Source: a virus. From it: 14,776 nt of DNA. The translations under genes were made by a program, and so were the position numbers. The notes below the pieces were generated by a model. It had not been told where the DNA came from, searched no databases, and worked only from the letters and a program-made list of their open reading frames with translations. The stretch lies in UHGV virus genome UHGV-0099190; one strand, given 5' to 3'. Position 1 is the stretch's first letter; each line of letters starts with the position of its first letter. This document shows positions 13,996 through 14,776 of this stretch, one piece after another.

Positions 13996-14406
13996 TTAGT
14001 GCGGAAATATTTGTGTAGTGTTCTGAATGTTCTCAGTAAAGAGTAATGAATTATCAAAGGTATAGTAATACCTTTTGTTTTCGTGGATATTTGTAATCCA
14101 TCTGAAAACCCCTGCTGTAGCAAGATTTTTCCTGTATTCGTAAAATGATAACTCTCCTGATTTGAATCCTTTTAAGGTGGCTTCTATAAGGCATTTATTT
14201 TTTGAAAATCTTACATTTACAACCTTACCCTGTCCTTTTATTAAAACCGTATTATCGTTTTCAAGAACAAGATGAATATTCTCTGTGGCTAAATAGTAAA
14301 TGTAATGTGAGACATTGTGACGTTTTAGTTCAGAATAAAACCAGTGATAGTTTAAATTATTTCGCACTTTATCGAATATTTGTTTAAAAATGGCAACCTG
14401 AGCCAT
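13996..14406 (-). CDS. DUF1398-family protein (YbcV-like, 136 aa)
   Basis: Start ATG 14406 ([14 protein letters not shown]...) with GGAAGG RBS; very AT-rich; size, sequence recollection and position after the lysis genes resemble DLP12 ybcV. Confidence 0.55.
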   Translation of the reverse strand: MAQVAIFKQIFDKVRNNLNYHWFYSELKRHNVSHYIYYLATENIHLVLENDNTVLIKGQGKVVNVRFSKNKCLIEATLKGFKSGELSFYEYRKNLATAGVFRWITNIHENKRYYYTFDNSLLFTENIQNTTQIFPH

Positions 14407-14463
14407 TGTAGTACCTTCCATGTGATATGAGGGTACCTAGTCTGCACGATTATCTAAATTGCT

Positions 14464-14697
14464 TCAATCTGGTCTGACCTGCTTTCTGAGCAATTCAGTA
14501 ATGTCACTCTTTTCTTTGTTTGCTTCAGGCGAAACTCTTTTTTCTGAGCACAGTCTTCGGCGGCAGGCTTCAATGACCCAGGCTGAGAAATTCCCGGACC
14601 CTTTTTGATCAAGAGCGATGTTAATTTGTTCAATCATTGGGTTAGGAAAGCGGATGTTGCGGGTTGTTGTTCTGCGGGTTCTGTTCTTCGTTGACAT
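14464..14697 (-). CDS. Small ribbon-helix-helix-like DNA-binding protein (77 aa), possibly YlcI/DUF3950-like
   Basis: Basic N-terminus, then a beta-strand / two-helix pattern (IRFPNPMIEQINIALDQKGSGNFSAWVIEACRRRL) typical of RHH / Arc / CopG folds. Confidence 0.45.
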   Translation of the reverse strand: MSTKNRTRRTTTRNIRFPNPMIEQINIALDQKGSGNFSAWVIEACRRRLCSEKRVSPEANKEKSDITELLRKQVRPD

Positions 14698-14776
14698 GAG
14701 GTTGCCCTGTATTCAGTGTCACTGATTTGTATTGTCTGAAGTTGTTTTTACGTTAAGTTGATGCAGATCAATTAAT

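Larger units (their letters stand above)
1..14776. mobile_element. Segment of a mosaic lambdoid prophage (early-left, immunity, replication, nin, late-regulation and lysis modules); both ends lie inside the element
   Basis: Canonical lambdoid gene order gam-kil-cIII-ea10-ral-N / cI-cro / cII-O-P-ren-ninB...Q / S-R-Rz-Rz1 with divergent immunity promoters, nut sites and an ori iteron array inside O. Confidence 0.9.

Noticed and set aside
1-14776. Search for CRISPR arrays, tRNA/rRNA genes and insertion sequences (for example an IS inside the porin gene as in E. coli K-12)
   Set aside because: No spacer-repeat arrays, no tRNA-like cloverleaf candidates and no transposase ORFs or terminal inverted repeats were seen; the porin gene is uninterrupted.

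Overview
This window is an internal segment of a mosaic lambdoid prophage (E. coli-type), read in the lambda map orientation. From left to right it contains: (1) a lambda-like early-left block on the minus strand (gam 5' end, kil, cIII, ea10, ral, a 28-aa orf28-like ORF), interrupted by an AT-rich 149-aa membrane-protein gene with its own terminator; (2) a heteroimmune immunity region with a P22-type N-like antiterminator, nutL, a pL/oL region, a cI repressor whose C-terminal domain looks lambda-like but whose DNA-binding domain does not, a divergent cro, nutR and a cII-like gene; (3) a replication/nin block (O with ori iterons, P, ren, tR2-like terminator, ninB, a Dam-type N6-adenine methyltransferase, ninE, a ninF-like ORF, rusA, ylcG-like, Q); (4) a pR'/tR' late control region, an intact OmpC-family porin gene (nmpC/lc-like) antisense to the late operon, and a pinholin/SAR-endolysin/Rz-Rz1 lysis cassette; (5) a Rha/AntA-like gene, a DUF1398 (ybcV-like) gene and a small RHH protein. 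The most interesting feature is an unrecognised, translationally coupled two-gene cassette (180 aa + 258 aa, 2610-3916) sitting exactly where lambda carries rexA-rexB, directly downstream of cI and closed by a bidirectional terminator. It is a candidate lysogen-expressed phage-exclusion/defence module. All homology statements rest on my recollection of lambda, P22, phage 21 and DLP12 protein sequences and on reading the sequence by eye; no database search was run.
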